A stretch of DNA of 64,000 nt from an uncultured bacterium (GCA_965368975.1 CBDUPA010000001.1:256001-320000); one strand, 5' to 3'; shown: positions 29,431 through 40,265, counted from the stretch's first letter. A program made the numbers and translations. The notes: generated by a model not told the origin, from the sequence alone.

Positions 29431-30543
29431 TCAACCCAGAACCCCGAAGAAGACTTTCTCCAGCTGTTGGGCTGCCGTCAGCCAGCTGAAGCGTTGGACC
29501 CGCTCCAGTCCGCGTTCGCGCAGGTCTTCAGCCAGTCCGCGTTCTCCCAGGATGCGCGCCAGGCCCAGGGCCATGCCTTCGACGTCGTCCGGGGCGACCT
29601 GGATGCCGGCGTCGCCGACGACCTCGGGCAGGCTGGAGACGTTGGAGGTGATGACCGGGATGCCGCAGGCCATGGCCTCTGCGGGAGGCAGGCCGAAGCC
29701 TTCGTAGAGGGACGGGTAGATGAAGGCCAGGGCACCCTGGAAGATGCGCACGAGCTGCTGGCGCTCGACGCGGCCGAGATAGCGCAGACCAAAGGGCTCG
29801 AGGCTGGCGATGCGGCGGCGCAGATCGCTGTTGCGCCAGCCGGGGGAGCCGGTGAGCAATAGGGGCAGCGCCGGACGTGACTTGCGCAGCTCTTCCCAGG
29901 CGTCCAGGACGCGGCCGACGTTCTTGCGCGGCTCCAGGGTACCGGCGTAGAGCAGGTAGCCTTGCGGGCAGCCGAGCTCCTGGCGGATGGCGCGGATCTC
30001 GCCGCGCGAGGCGGGGCGGAAGTTGGGGTCGACACCGGGGTAGATGACGTGCAGGCGGTCGGCACAGAAGGGGTAGAAACGACGCAGGTCGGCGGCGGTC
30101 GCTTCGGAGTCGGCGACGATGGCGGCGGCGCGGCGCAGGGTTGGGCGCAGGAAGGGTGCGGTGGAGAGGCGCACCTTGAGGCTGTGGGTGTGCGGGAAGA
30201 GACGCACGGTGAGGTCGTGGACGGTGACGACGCCGGGCACCGGGCAGTGCAGCGGCAGCGTGTTGATCGGCGACCACAGCAGGTCGATGTCACCACGTGC
30301 CAGGCGTCGCGGCAGTTGCAGCTGCTGCCACAGCACACCGAGTGGCGCGCGCTGCGTTTCCAGGTCGAGCCCCACTTCGCGCAGTTTGGTCTCGTAATGC
30401 GGCGCCTTGTGGGCCATGCCGATGTAGTGTCCCTTGCCACGGCGGCCGAGCAGGAAGAGCATCGAGCGGGTGTAGATGCCGATACCGGTGGGTTGTGGTA
30501 CCAGCGCGCGCAGGTCCACCGCGATGGTGGGTGAGGTTGTCAT
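29431..30543 (-). CDS. Glycosyltransferase family 4
   Basis: C-terminal part of the 1279-aa ORF from MTTSPTIAVD; TVHDL, GTLEPRKN, YEGFGLPPAEAMACG. Confidence 0.9.
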   Translation of the reverse strand: MTTSPTIAVDLRALVPQPTGIGIYTRSMLFLLGRRGKGHYIGMAHKAPHYETKLREVGLDLETQRAPLGVLWQQLQLPRRLARGDIDLLWSPINTLPLHCPVPGVVTVHDLTVRLFPHTHSLKVRLSTAPFLRPTLRRAAAIVADSEATAADLRRFYPFCADRLHVIYPGVDPNFRPASRGEIRAIRQELGCPQGYLLYAGTLEPRKNVGRVLDAWEELRKSRPALPLLLTGSPGWRNSDLRRRIASLEPFGLRYLGRVERQQLVRIFQGALAFIYPSLYEGFGLPPAEAMACGIPVITSNVSSLPEVVGDAGIQVAPDDVEGMALGLARILGERGLAEDLRERGLERVQRFSWLTAAQQLEKVFFGVLG

Positions 30544-30630
30544 AGAGCTGGATTCTACCCGCTGGGCGTCGGTGGCGACACGCCGGCGGGTGACTTGTTC
30601 CTGCCGGGGCGAGGGGCTACAGTTGCGGCC

Positions 30631-32634
30631 ATGAAGGTAGCCGCCATAGATACAGCCGCCGCCGGAGGTCCCGTTGCTACCGAAAGTAGAGAGCTGAGCA
30701 GCGGTTGGCGCCGGTGGCGCCCGTGGGCGTGGCTGGCGGCGGGGGTGACGGTGACGGTGGCGATCTTGACGCTGGTCATCGTGCTGCGGCCGCGCGCCGG
30801 CGAGGTGCCGGCGCCGGGGGAGGCGACGCCGGTGCTTCTGGCCGAGAGCCTGTGGCTGGACCACGACCTGGGCTATGACCACCGCGACGCCGCCCGCGCG
30901 CTCGAGCGCTGGCCCGGTGGCGCTCGAGGACTGGTCCTCGCGGGACGGATGGCGGCAGGCCCGGATCGAGATGACGTGACCCTGCGGTACGGCGAGCCGT
31001 GGATCTATCCGCTGGCGGCGTTGCCGTTGTTCGCGGCCTTCGGCAGCGATGGCTTCGTGGTGCTCAACGCGCTCTTGCTGCTCCTGGCGGTCGTTCTGCT
31101 CCTGTGGCCGCGCGGCGAGCCGGGCCAGCGCCCTGCAAGCCGGTCGGGAGCCTTGTTCGTGGTGAGCGGGCTGGTGCTCTCCGGCTTGACGCTGCACGTG
31201 GGCCTGGCACGGCCCGTGATCTTCGAAGCCGCATGCCTGGTGATAGCGGTGACGCTGTGGTTCGATCTGCGCCGCCCGGACGGGAACCCCGATCGGCGGT
31301 GGCGGCTCGGACACTGGTGCCTTGCCCTGGTGGTGGCGTTGCTCCTGGCGGCCGCGGTGGCGCAACGTCTCCTGCTGCTCGTGGTGGCCTTGCCGCTGCT
31401 GCTGGACGCCTTCGGTTGGCGCTTGGGTGGCGGGCAGGCGGCGGGTGGTGGACGCCGGTGGCAGCAGGGCCTGGGCGTGCTGCTGGTGTTCCTGCTGGCT
31501 ACCGGTGTCCTGTGGGCGGCGCAATGGAGCGAGATCGGCATCCCGGACCTGCAGGTACCGCGGCACGTGTTCGCGTCGACGGCGCCCCTGCAGCAGGCGG
31601 AGGTCGATGTGGTGCAGGCCTGGGCGGTGGGACGACCGCTGCCGCTGCCGGCGCCCGAGTTGCGCGCTCGGCGGCTCTTGCTGGAGGGGCAGGCGTTGCT
31701 CTTCGGACGCCACCGAGGGGTGCTGCTCTACCTGCCGTTGGTTCTGGTCGTGCCGCTGCTCCTGCTGGCGGAAGGCTGGCGCCGACGCCGTGCGCTGGCG
31801 TCCGGCGACTTTGACTTGCGAGTTCTGCTCGCCGCTGCCGTGGCCGTGGGTACGGTGCTCGTCTGGTGGTTGCGCGCGGGAGATCCGCGGGTGCTGAGTA
31901 GCCTCGGTGATCCGGCTTTGCTGGCGCTGCTGCCGACGGCGCTGCTGGCGGTGCGGCCGGCAGGTGGCACAAGTGCGGGCTCGACGGCTAGCTCGAAACT
32001 CGTTGCCGGACTGCTGGCCGCGGCGCTCGTCGCTGTCTACTTCGGCTGGTTGCTCAGCGTCGCGGCCCTGTCCGTCGGGGCCATGACTTCGGGTATCGAC
32101 GCGCCGCCCTGGCACACGCGGCACGCTCCGGCCGACCGGCTGCCGCAAGAGTTGACCGCACTGGTGGACGGTCGGCTTGCCGGCTACGAGACCTTCACGG
32201 TCCCGGTCGCTCCGGAGGCAGGTGTGGCCGACACGGGCAGTTGTCGCCTGCTGGTGCCGAGCTCCGCGTTCCAGCGAGGGACTCGAGGACGGAGGGCGCA
32301 GCTCTTGTGGTTCGGCCCCAGCCAGGGCGACGGCGTGCTGATCTGCCCTTGGCAGCCGCTGACACTCGACGTGCGCATAGCCTCGATCGATGGTGACGAG
32401 CTGCCCGACGAACTCGAACTCGAACTCGACGCGGGCGCCGGCTCGGTGCGGATGGTCATCGACTCGCCAGCCGAGCGGCGCGGCGTACCACTGACGCTGG
32501 CGCTGGGACCACCAGTGGCACAGCATCTCGATGGTGCCTTCTGCGGTGGCCCGGAGTACTACCAGCCGCTGCGCTTCCGTGCTGCCAGCCCGGCATCCGC
32601 CTGGGTCGTGGTGATCGAGCTGGTGCCTCGCTGA
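30631..32634 (+). CDS. Multi-pass membrane protein (possibly GT-C-like)
   Basis: Many hydrophobic segments; YPLAALP and LFGRHRGVLLYLP motifs; lies between two GT4 genes. Confidence 0.65.
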   Translation: MKVAAIDTAAAGGPVATESRELSSGWRRWRPWAWLAAGVTVTVAILTLVIVLRPRAGEVPAPGEATPVLLAESLWLDHDLGYDHRDAARALERWPGGARGLVLAGRMAAGPDRDDVTLRYGEPWIYPLAALPLFAAFGSDGFVVLNALLLLLAVVLLLWPRGEPGQRPASRSGALFVVSGLVLSGLTLHVGLARPVIFEAACLVIAVTLWFDLRRPDGNPDRRWRLGHWCLALVVALLLAAAVAQRLLLLVVALPLLLDAFGWRLGGGQAAGGGRRWQQGLGVLLVFLLATGVLWAAQWSEIGIPDLQVPRHVFASTAPLQQAEVDVVQAWAVGRPLPLPAPELRARRLLLEGQALLFGRHRGVLLYLPLVLVVPLLLLAEGWRRRRALASGDFDLRVLLAAAVAVGTVLVWWLRAGDPRVLSSLGDPALLALLPTALLAVRPAGGTSAGSTASSKLVAGLLAAALVAVYFGWLLSVAALSVGAMTSGIDAPPWHTRHAPADRLPQELTALVDGRLAGYETFTVPVAPEAGVADTGSCRLLVPSSAFQRGTRGRRAQLLWFGPSQGDGVLICPWQPLTLDVRIASIDGDELPDELELELDAGAGSVRMVIDSPAERRGVPLTLALGPPVAQHLDGAFCGGPEYYQPLRFRAASPASAWVVVIELVPR

Positions 32635-32644
32635 GGCTTCGACG

Positions 32645-33988
32645 CTAGCCGTCGACCGCAGCGCGCCAGACGGCGAGCGTCTCGTCGGCGCAGCGCTGCC
32701 AGCTGAAGCGCTCGACGTTGGTGCGCCCGCGCGCTGCCAGCTGTCGCCGCGCCTCCTCGGCGGTGTCGGCGAACCACTGCGCGACGGCCTGGGCCCAGGC
32801 GTCGGCATCGCTGGCCGGCACGTAGACGGCACCTTCCCCGGCCACCTCACGCAGCACCGGGATGTCGCTGCACACCAGCGGAGCTCCCGCCGCCTGGGCT
32901 TCCAGGGCGGGCAGGCCGAAGCCCTCGTAGAGCGTCGGGAAGAGGACCAGGCGGGCGCGCCGGTAGAGGGTGAGCAGCTGCGCGTCGGTGGTATAGCCCA
33001 GGCGCAGCAGCCAGCCTTCCTCCTGCGCCCGCTGCAGGCGCGGCAACAGAGCCTCGATCTTCCAACCCTCGCCGCCACACAGGACGAGGCGGGGGCGCGA
33101 CGGCAGGCGCTGCCAGGCGTCGAGCAGCACGCCCAGGTTCTTGCGCGGCTCGATCGTGCCGACGTGCAGCGCGAAGGGCTCCACGCCACCGCCGGGCGTG
33201 TGCAGCTCGAGCGGCAAGGCGGCGTCGATGTCGAGGTCGTGGCCCGTCCGAGCGTCGGTTTCGGCGTCACCTGCCAGGCTGCGCGAGCCCAGCTGGGCGG
33301 TGGCGATACGCTCGGCAGGGATCTGTCCGAGTGCCGCTAGCTCGTGGCGAACCTGGTGGCTGTCGGTGATCACCCAGGCGGTGCGCTGGAAGGTGCGCTG
33401 CAACTTGCCCTGCAGCTCCTCGAGCACGCTCGGCTTGAGGGTCTCCGGTACCTTGACGAAGCCGAGGTCGTGGATGGTGGCGACGCGGACACCACGGGCG
33501 AAGCGGAAGTGTGGAGGTAGCAGGTAGTTCGGGGCGTGTAGGACGTCGTTACGTTCGAGCCGCAGCAGCAGCTTCTGCAGCTTCTGCAGCAGCCACACCC
33601 AGCGCCACGGCGCCATGCTCAGCTCGTGCGGCGGCCGGTAGCAGACGTATTCGAGTGCCGGCCCGGTCGGCAGAGGGATCTGCGGCTCGGGCAGGCCCTC
33701 GTGCGTCGCGATCCAGGGGCCGTAGAGGCGAACGCGCACGTCGTCACGGTCGGCGAGGTGAATCAAGAGCTGGTAGAGGTACCAGCCGATGCCGGTGAGC
33801 GGCATCCACAGGGGGCAGATGTCGATGGCCACGGTGAGGCGAGCCTCGCCGCGCCGACGGCGTACGGAAGCCACGATCTCACCCAGCCATCGCCACGTGG
33901 CGCGCAGACGCCGAGGCCGCAGGCGCGCCAGTTTGCCGCGCAGCTGGTGCAGGCGGGACGTTGGCTCGGGGGGGCGGCGATCGTCCAT
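32645..33988 (-). CDS. Glycosyltransferase family 4
   Basis: TIHDL, GTIEPRKN, YEGFGLPALEA, SDIPVLREVAG. Confidence 0.9.
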   Translation of the reverse strand: MDDRRPPEPTSRLHQLRGKLARLRPRRLRATWRWLGEIVASVRRRRGEARLTVAIDICPLWMPLTGIGWYLYQLLIHLADRDDVRVRLYGPWIATHEGLPEPQIPLPTGPALEYVCYRPPHELSMAPWRWVWLLQKLQKLLLRLERNDVLHAPNYLLPPHFRFARGVRVATIHDLGFVKVPETLKPSVLEELQGKLQRTFQRTAWVITDSHQVRHELAALGQIPAERIATAQLGSRSLAGDAETDARTGHDLDIDAALPLELHTPGGGVEPFALHVGTIEPRKNLGVLLDAWQRLPSRPRLVLCGGEGWKIEALLPRLQRAQEEGWLLRLGYTTDAQLLTLYRRARLVLFPTLYEGFGLPALEAQAAGAPLVCSDIPVLREVAGEGAVYVPASDADAWAQAVAQWFADTAEEARRQLAARGRTNVERFSWQRCADETLAVWRAAVDG

Positions 33989-34030
33989 GTAGCACCGAGT
34001 GTAGCAGTGGAAGCTGCTAAACTACAGGGC

Positions 34031-35164
34031 ATGAATCCCTGGCGACGTCTGCGCTCTTCGCGGCGCCGGCGGACCCTCGTACCGCTCGCTTTGCCGGCAT
34101 TCCTTCTGGCCGCTGTGGCCGTACGCTGGCTGGCTTGTGGCGTCTCGCTCCGCGACCTGCTGCTGCCCGCGTCGCGTGACCTCGGCTGGCAGGCGCTGAG
34201 CTGGCTGAGCCTGCCGCCGGTGCTCACCGTGCTGGCCGGTGGCTTCACGGTGTGGCCGGTCTACCGGTTGACGCGACGCCTGGGCGGCACGCTGGCGGCG
34301 TGGGTCGCTTCGTGGTTGGTGGTGGTGTCGACGCTGTCCAACCTTGCGATGCGCGAGAGTGCCAGCACGGTGTGGGCGACTCTGCTGGTCGCTTGCTGCC
34401 TGGCCACCGCCGCTCGGCTCTTGGCGGGGGAGAGCCTGCAAGGCTACCTGCTGGCTGGTATCTGCGGGGGGCTGGCGGCGGCAGCCAGCTGGCCTGCCAG
34501 CCTGGTGTTGCTGGTGGTGCCGAGCGTCTGGCTGCGGGCTCGCTTGCGGGCGTCCGGCCGTCGCTGGCAGCTGTCCAAGCTGGCTTACCTACCGGCGTCG
34601 ATTCTGGCCGCGCTGCTGCCCTTCTTGCTGGCCTCTGCCGGGACGTCAGTGGATCTTTCGGCGGTCAGCGCCGGGGGGCAAGTGGCGATCCAACTCTATC
34701 TCGGTGCACTGCTCGACTCCCTGGGCCTACCAGCGCTGGTGCTGGCGGGTCTGGGCGCGTGGTTGATGTGGCCTGCCTGCCGCCGGAAGCGCATGGCCTG
34801 GTTGCTGCCGTTTCCGGCCGCTTTGCTGGCGTTCCTGCTGTTCACCGGAGCGGGCGAGCACCACGATTTGAGCTTGTTGGTACCGCTGCTGGCCGCCTTC
34901 CTCGGTGTCGGACTCGCTGGCCTGGTGCGCTGGATGCAGCAGCGCTGTCCGCTGTTCGCGGTGGGGACGGGCCGGGTTCGTGGCTGGCCGTGCAAGGTCA
35001 TGCCCTGGGCTGCCTTGATGGTCGCCCTCCTGCCGCCGACGTTGGCATCAGGGATCGACCTGCGCCAAGCAGCTGGATCTCAGCTCGCTGGATCTCAGCT
35101 CGAGAGCCAGGTCTTGGACAGGCACTCACCGCTGCAGACGATAGGCCGAAGCCAGGCGTCGTAG
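34031..35164 (+). CDS. Membrane protein, ArnT/PMT (GT-C)-like
   Basis: Hydrophobic throughout from ATG 34031; VYRLTRRLGG and LAGICGGLAAA resemble the PMT_2 pattern. Confidence 0.55.
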   Translation: MNPWRRLRSSRRRRTLVPLALPAFLLAAVAVRWLACGVSLRDLLLPASRDLGWQALSWLSLPPVLTVLAGGFTVWPVYRLTRRLGGTLAAWVASWLVVVSTLSNLAMRESASTVWATLLVACCLATAARLLAGESLQGYLLAGICGGLAAAASWPASLVLLVVPSVWLRARLRASGRRWQLSKLAYLPASILAALLPFLLASAGTSVDLSAVSAGGQVAIQLYLGALLDSLGLPALVLAGLGAWLMWPACRRKRMAWLLPFPAALLAFLLFTGAGEHHDLSLLVPLLAAFLGVGLAGLVRWMQQRCPLFAVGTGRVRGWPCKVMPWAALMVALLPPTLASGIDLRQAAGSQLAGSQLESQVLDRHSPLQTIGRSQAS

Positions 35165-38100
35165 CTGGTGGTTGGCGACGGTCAGCGTTGCCAGATCGGG
35201 GCCGGTCTTGGCGCCGTGGGCCTCCTCCAGCACCTCGATCACCGGCTCGACTTCTTCGCGGTTCTGGTCCAGCCAGGTCTCGGTGGCGGTCCAGGCGTCA
35301 CCGTCCGGACTGCGCAGCGCCAGGTGGGTCAGGTCGCGCTGGTGGGCATAGAGGTCTTCCATCAGCGCCGAGATCGCGTCGCGCTGCATCGGCGTGTGGT
35401 GCTCCAGGGCCGCGGTGGCCTCGCGCAGCCACACCAGGTGGAAGCGTTCGCCAATCTGGAAGTACGCCTCGGCGACTTCGGGGATGCTACGGCCTTCGCG
35501 CGCGATGCGCACGATGTCGAAGGTCGAGATGAGGAAGCGCAGGCTGGCGATCTGGTGCGCCAGCTCGTCGGGCACGCCTTGCTCGCACAACTCGGTGGCG
35601 CGCGCTTCCAGGTGCTCGCGGCGGTTGGCGGGCAGGATCTGGTCCAGGTGCTGGCGCAGCGCCTCGACGCCCGGCGCCAGCTCGGTGACGGCGGCGGTGA
35701 TGTCGATGCTGCGGTTCTGGTGCAGGAGCCAGGCGACCGCCTGTTTGACGATCTCGCCGGTGTCGAGCAGCATGCGCAGCTGCAAGCGCGTGTCGACCTG
35801 GTTGTCCAGAGCCTCGATCTGCGACCACAGCGGCCGCATGCGAAAGGCGTCGCGCGCCACCAGGTAGGCGCGTGCGATCTGGCTGCCCGGCATGCCGGTG
35901 CTCTCCACCATGCGTGTGACGAAGGTCGGGCCGACGCGGTTGACCATGCTGTTGGTGGCGTGCGTGGCGATGATCTCGCGGCGCAGCCTGTGGTGCTCGA
36001 TCTGTGGCCGGAAACGCTGTTGTAGCGGCGTCGGGAAGTAGCGCACCAGGTCTTCGAGCAACAGCGGGTCGTCGGGCAGGTCGGAGTCGAGCAATTGTTC
36101 GAACAGCACCAGCTTGGAGTAGCTGAGCAGCACTGAGATTTCCGGTCGCGACAAGCCTTGACCGCCCTCGTGTTGGCGCCGGGTCAGGCTCTCCTCGTCC
36201 GGAAGGAACTCGAGTGCGCGGTCGAGCTTGCCGCTGCGCTCCAGCCGGCGCATCATGCGTCGCTGGTGGCTCAGCGCTTCCAGGCCGCGCGCCGCCTCGA
36301 CCGAGATCGCCTGACTCTGGAGATAGTTGTCGCGCAGTACCAGGTCGGCAACTTCGTCGGTCATCTCTTCGAGCAACTGGTCGCGATGCTTGATCGTCAA
36401 GTCGCCGTTGGCGACCACGCCACCGAGCAGGATCTTGATGTTGACCTCGTGGTCCGAGCAGTCGACGCCGCCCGAATTGTCGATGAAGTCGGTGTTCAGG
36501 CGGCCGCCGTAGCCACGGCCGTCGTCCTGGCGCGGGCCGCCGTGCAAGGCGTACTCGATACGGCCGCGCTGCGTCAGTCCGAGGTTGGCACCCTCGCCGA
36601 CGACGCGGCAGCGCAGCTCGATCCCGTTGACGCGCACCGCGTCGTTGGCCCGGTCGCCGGTGTCCGAGTGATGCTCGTTGCTGGCCTTGACGTAGGTGCC
36701 GATGCCGCCGAACCACAGCAGATCGATCTCGGCGGTGAGCAGCGCGCGGATCAGCTCGGTGGGGGTGATTTCGTCGAGTTCCAGCCCCAGCAGTTGGCGG
36801 ATCTGCGGTGTCAATTTCAGCGTCTTGGCCTGGCGATCGAAGATCGCGCCGCCGGGGGAGAGCAGCTTCGTGTCGTAGTCGAGCCAGGACGAACGGGGCA
36901 GCTCGAACAGGCGCTGGCGCTCGGCGAAGCTGGTCGCCGGGTCGGGGTCTGGATCGACGAAGATGTGCAGGTGGTTGAAGGCGCCGATCAGGCGCAGGTG
37001 CTTCGACAGCAACATGCCATTGCCGAAGACGTCACCCGACATGTCGCCGACGCCCACCGCGGTGACGCTCTGGTTTTGCACGTCGACGCCGAGCTCGCGG
37101 AAGTGACGCTTGACGCACTCCCAGGCGCCGCGCGCCGTGATCCCCATCTTCTTGTGGTCATAGCCGGCGGAGCCGCCCGAGGCGAAAGCATCACCGAGCC
37201 AGAAGTCGACCTCGGCGGCGACGCTATTGGCCAGGTCCGAGAAGGTGGCGGTGCCCTTGTCCGCCGCGACGACCAGGTAGGGGTCGTCGCCATCGTGCCG
37301 GACAACCGCGGGTGGGGGTTCGACGGCACCGTCGCGCAGATTGTCGGTGACGTCGAGCAGGCCTCGGATGAAGCCGCGGTAGCAGTCCTGCCCGGCCTGC
37401 AACTGCGCCTCGCGTTCGGCCGGCGGGTGCTTGACCACGAAGCCGCCCTTGGAGCCGACTGGCACGATCACCGCGTTCTTGACCATCTGTGCTTTCATCA
37501 GGCCGAGGATTTCGGTACGGAAGTCCTCCAACCGGTCCGACCAGCGCAGACCGCCACGCGCGACGCTACCGCCGCGCAGGTGGATGCCTTCGAAGCTCGG
37601 CGAGTAGACGAAGATCTCGAAGCGTGGGCGCGGCTTCGGCAGCTCACTGATCTTGCTGCAGTCGAACTTGAACGACAGGTAGCTCTTGGGACGCTCGACA
37701 CCCTGGTCGTCGTGCACGGTCTGGAAGAAGTTGGTGCGCAGAGTCGCCTCGATCAGCTCCCAGAACAGCCGCACGATGCGATCTTCGTCGACGTTCTGGA
37801 CCAAGTCGAGCGCCTGACGCTTCTTCCGTCGCAGCTCGCGGATCGCCTCGTCGCGGCTACCGTCGTTACCGTCCAGCGAAGCCTCTTGCAGCGAGCCCTT
37901 CTTCGGGCCACTCTTCAGCGAGCTGGGATGCGGGTCGAAGCGCAGATAGAAGAGCTCGATCAGCAGACGGGCGAGGTCGGCGTTGCGGCTCAGCGTGGCT
38001 TCGATGTAGCGCTGCGAGAAAGTGATTCCGATCTGTCGCATGTAGCGGCAGTAAGCGCGCAGCACCACCACCTGGCGGCTGGTCAGGCCGGCGCGCAGTA

Positions 38101-40099
38101 CCAGCTGATTGAAGCCGTCGTCTTCGATGCCGCCGGCCCACACCTGGCGCAGCGTCGCCTCGAAGCTCTCCTTGACCGCACCGACGTCGAAGCCGACGCC
38201 CTCGGCCTGGTGCAGGTCGAAGTCTCGGATCCAGACCGAGGCCGTGCTCCCACTGCCACTCAGCTGTGGGGCCTCGTCGTCTTCCAGCCACGGTTGTACT
38301 TCGTACGGGACCTCGCTGATCACGCGCAGCCCCATGCTCTCGAGCTTGGGTAGGACTTCGGACAGCGGTAGCGCGCGCCCGAGGTGATAGATCTTGAAGC
38401 GCGCTTCGTGCGCCTTGTCGGTCAGCTTGCGGTAGAGCGACAGGCCGAGGGGGCGACCGCTGAGAACCTCTTCGATGGTATCGATGTCGGCCAGCGCGGA
38501 TTCCGGCGGGAAGTTGTCGCGGTAGGCGACGGAGAAGGCGTCGCCATAGCGGCGTGCCAGCTCGCGGGCCTGTGCCTCGGGGCGCTTGTCGATCAGCACT
38601 TGTTGCAGGCGGTCCTGCCACGTACGGGCAGCGCTCGCCAGCTGCTCCTCGATCTGCCGCGGATCGTAGCGCGGGATGCGGCCGGCGGTGGTCTTGACCA
38701 CGAAGTGGACCTGCGCCAGGGGCAAGTCGGACAGCTGTGTGTAGAAGGCGGTGACCTGGCCGTCGAAGGCGGATTCCAGGATGCCTCGGATGTTGAGGCG
38801 CAGCTCGGTGTTGAAACGGTCGCGCGGCACGAAGACCAGGCACGAGACGAAGCGCTGGAAGGGGTCTTCACGCACGAACATCGCCAGGCGCTGGCGTTCC
38901 TGGATTCGCAGGATGCCGCGGCTGGTGCGCAGAAGGTCGTCCTCGGAGATCTGGAACAGTTCGTCTCGCGGATAGGTCTCGAGGATGTGCACCAGGGCTT
39001 TGCCGTCGTGGCTGGCGCCCTCGAAGCCGGCGCGCTCGACGGTGCGTGCCACCTTGCGGCGTAGCAGCGGGATCTTGCGCGCACTCGAATTGTAGGCGGT
39101 CGATGTGAACAGTCCGAGGAAACGCACCTCGCCGATCACCCGGCCATCGGGCGCGAAGCGCCGCACGCCGATGTAGTCCAGGTGCACCGGCCGGTGGACG
39201 GTCGAGCGGTGGCTGGACTTGGTGACCAGCAACAACTCGCGGCGTTGCGCGAAGTCGGCGCGCGTCTCTTCCAGCAGTTGCGGTCCCGAGTAGTGCTCCA
39301 GCGTTTCGGGTTTTCTCAGGATGCCCAGGCTGGTGTCGAGCAGGGCGCGCAGCGAGTCGCCTTGGTCGTCACTCTCGATCACCGCCTCACGGTAGCCCAG
39401 GAAGGTGAAGTTGTTGTCGTCGAGCCAGCGCAGGAACTGTGTACCTTCGGCGCAGTCTTCCTCGGCCAGCGGTGGCGGCGTGGTCTCCAGCTCCTCGAGC
39501 AACCTGTGCAGCTGTGACCGCATGGCCTGCCAGTCTTGGACTGCCAGCCGCACATCTTCGAGCACGCTATGCAAGCGGTCGGCCAGAGCCTGCAAGGCTG
39601 CCGCGTCGGCGACCAGGTCGAGTTCGATATGGATGAACGACTCGGCTCGGGCGTCTTCGGTGTCGCGCGGACACACTTCGAGCAACTGGCCGTCGGCGTC
39701 GCGACGGCAGTAAATCACCGGGTGGATGACCTGGTGCAGCGTCAGGTCGGCCTCGTTGAGCGCCGCCGACAGCGAGTCGACCAGGAACGGCATGTCGTCG
39801 TTGACCGCTTCGAGCACCGTGTGCCGACTCTGCCAGCCGTGCTCGGCGAAGTTCGGATTGTAGAGGTGCAGCTTGGGAGCCTCGGCGGTGCGCTGCTGGC
39901 CGAGCGTCCAGAGAGCCAGGACGGCACCGAGCAGAGACTCCGGCGGCGCCGACAGGACCTCGTCGGGCAGCACCGTCGAGTAGTAGCTGCGCAGGAAGCG
40001 CTCGGCCTCCGGAGCCCGGTCGGGGGCGACCCGCTCGCGCAGTCCCTCGGTCAATTCGTCCAGGAGTTTCGCCTTCAACGCTTCGGCCGTGGAGTTCAT
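35126..40099 (-). CDS. gdhB: Large NAD-specific glutamate dehydrogenase
   Basis: ARGGLRWSDR, KAQMVKNAVIVPVGSKGGF, VAADKGTATFSD, GDMSGDVFGNG, DNSGGVDCSDHEVNIKI. Confidence 0.96.
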   Translation of the reverse strand: MNSTAEALKAKLLDELTEGLRERVAPDRAPEAERFLRSYYSTVLPDEVLSAPPESLLGAVLALWTLGQQRTAEAPKLHLYNPNFAEHGWQSRHTVLEAVNDDMPFLVDSLSAALNEADLTLHQVIHPVIYCRRDADGQLLEVCPRDTEDARAESFIHIELDLVADAAALQALADRLHSVLEDVRLAVQDWQAMRSQLHRLLEELETTPPPLAEEDCAEGTQFLRWLDDNNFTFLGYREAVIESDDQGDSLRALLDTSLGILRKPETLEHYSGPQLLEETRADFAQRRELLLVTKSSHRSTVHRPVHLDYIGVRRFAPDGRVIGEVRFLGLFTSTAYNSSARKIPLLRRKVARTVERAGFEGASHDGKALVHILETYPRDELFQISEDDLLRTSRGILRIQERQRLAMFVREDPFQRFVSCLVFVPRDRFNTELRLNIRGILESAFDGQVTAFYTQLSDLPLAQVHFVVKTTAGRIPRYDPRQIEEQLASAARTWQDRLQQVLIDKRPEAQARELARRYGDAFSVAYRDNFPPESALADIDTIEEVLSGRPLGLSLYRKLTDKAHEARFKIYHLGRALPLSEVLPKLESMGLRVISEVPYEVQPWLEDDEAPQLSGSGSTASVWIRDFDLHQAEGVGFDVGAVKESFEATLRQVWAGGIEDDGFNQLVLRAGLTSRQVVVLRAYCRYMRQIGITFSQRYIEATLSRNADLARLLIELFYLRFDPHPSSLKSGPKKGSLQEASLDGNDGSRDEAIRELRRKKRQALDLVQNVDEDRIVRLFWELIEATLRTNFFQTVHDDQGVERPKSYLSFKFDCSKISELPKPRPRFEIFVYSPSFEGIHLRGGSVARGGLRWSDRLEDFRTEILGLMKAQMVKNAVIVPVGSKGGFVVKHPPAEREAQLQAGQDCYRGFIRGLLDVTDNLRDGAVEPPPAVVRHDGDDPYLVVAADKGTATFSDLANSVAAEVDFWLGDAFASGGSAGYDHKKMGITARGAWECVKRHFRELGVDVQNQSVTAVGVGDMSGDVFGNGMLLSKHLRLIGAFNHLHIFVDPDPDPATSFAERQRLFELPRSSWLDYDTKLLSPGGAIFDRQAKTLKLTPQIRQLLGLELDEITPTELIRALLTAEIDLLWFGGIGTYVKASNEHHSDTGDRANDAVRVNGIELRCRVVGEGANLGLTQRGRIEYALHGGPRQDDGRGYGGRLNTDFIDNSGGVDCSDHEVNIKILLGGVVANGDLTIKHRDQLLEEMTDEVADLVLRDNYLQSQAISVEAARGLEALSHQRRMMRRLERSGKLDRALEFLPDEESLTRRQHEGGQGLSRPEISVLLSYSKLVLFEQLLDSDLPDDPLLLEDLVRYFPTPLQQRFRPQIEHHRLRREIIATHATNSMVNRVGPTFVTRMVESTGMPGSQIARAYLVARDAFRMRPLWSQIEALDNQVDTRLQLRMLLDTGEIVKQAVAWLLHQNRSIDITAAVTELAPGVEALRQHLDQILPANRREHLEARATELCEQGVPDELAHQIASLRFLISTFDIVRIAREGRSIPEVAEAYFQIGERFHLVWLREATAALEHHTPMQRDAISALMEDLYAHQRDLTHLALRSPDGDAWTATETWLDQNREEVEPVIEVLEEAHGAKTGPDLATLTVANHQLRRLASAYRLQR

Positions 40100-40265
40100 G
40101 AACTCGAACCTCTTGCAGTCAGGGGGTGGCCCTGCTCAGTACAGAGTTGCACTTCTTGAAATCATCATAGAGAAAGCTGAACCATTATGTCCCGAGTCGG
40201 GGGCATGTGGGGGACCCTCGAAGAGATCTGTCGATCGGCGCCCGGTGGGGGGATCAGCAGACGGG

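Noticed and set aside
30544-33270. N-terminal ~900 aa of the 1279-aa minus-strand ORF, an apparent giant GT4 fusion
   Set aside because: It overlaps the real plus-strand membrane gene and the other GT4; R/Q/P-rich shadow translation. The true start is 30543.
35072-35101. 15-bp duplication GCTGGATCTCAGCTC x2
   Set aside because: Short in-frame slippage near a gene end with no further structure.
36158-38353. 731-aa plus-strand ORF and similar ORFs opposite gdhB
   Set aside because: Antisense shadows of the NAD-glutamate dehydrogenase gene.
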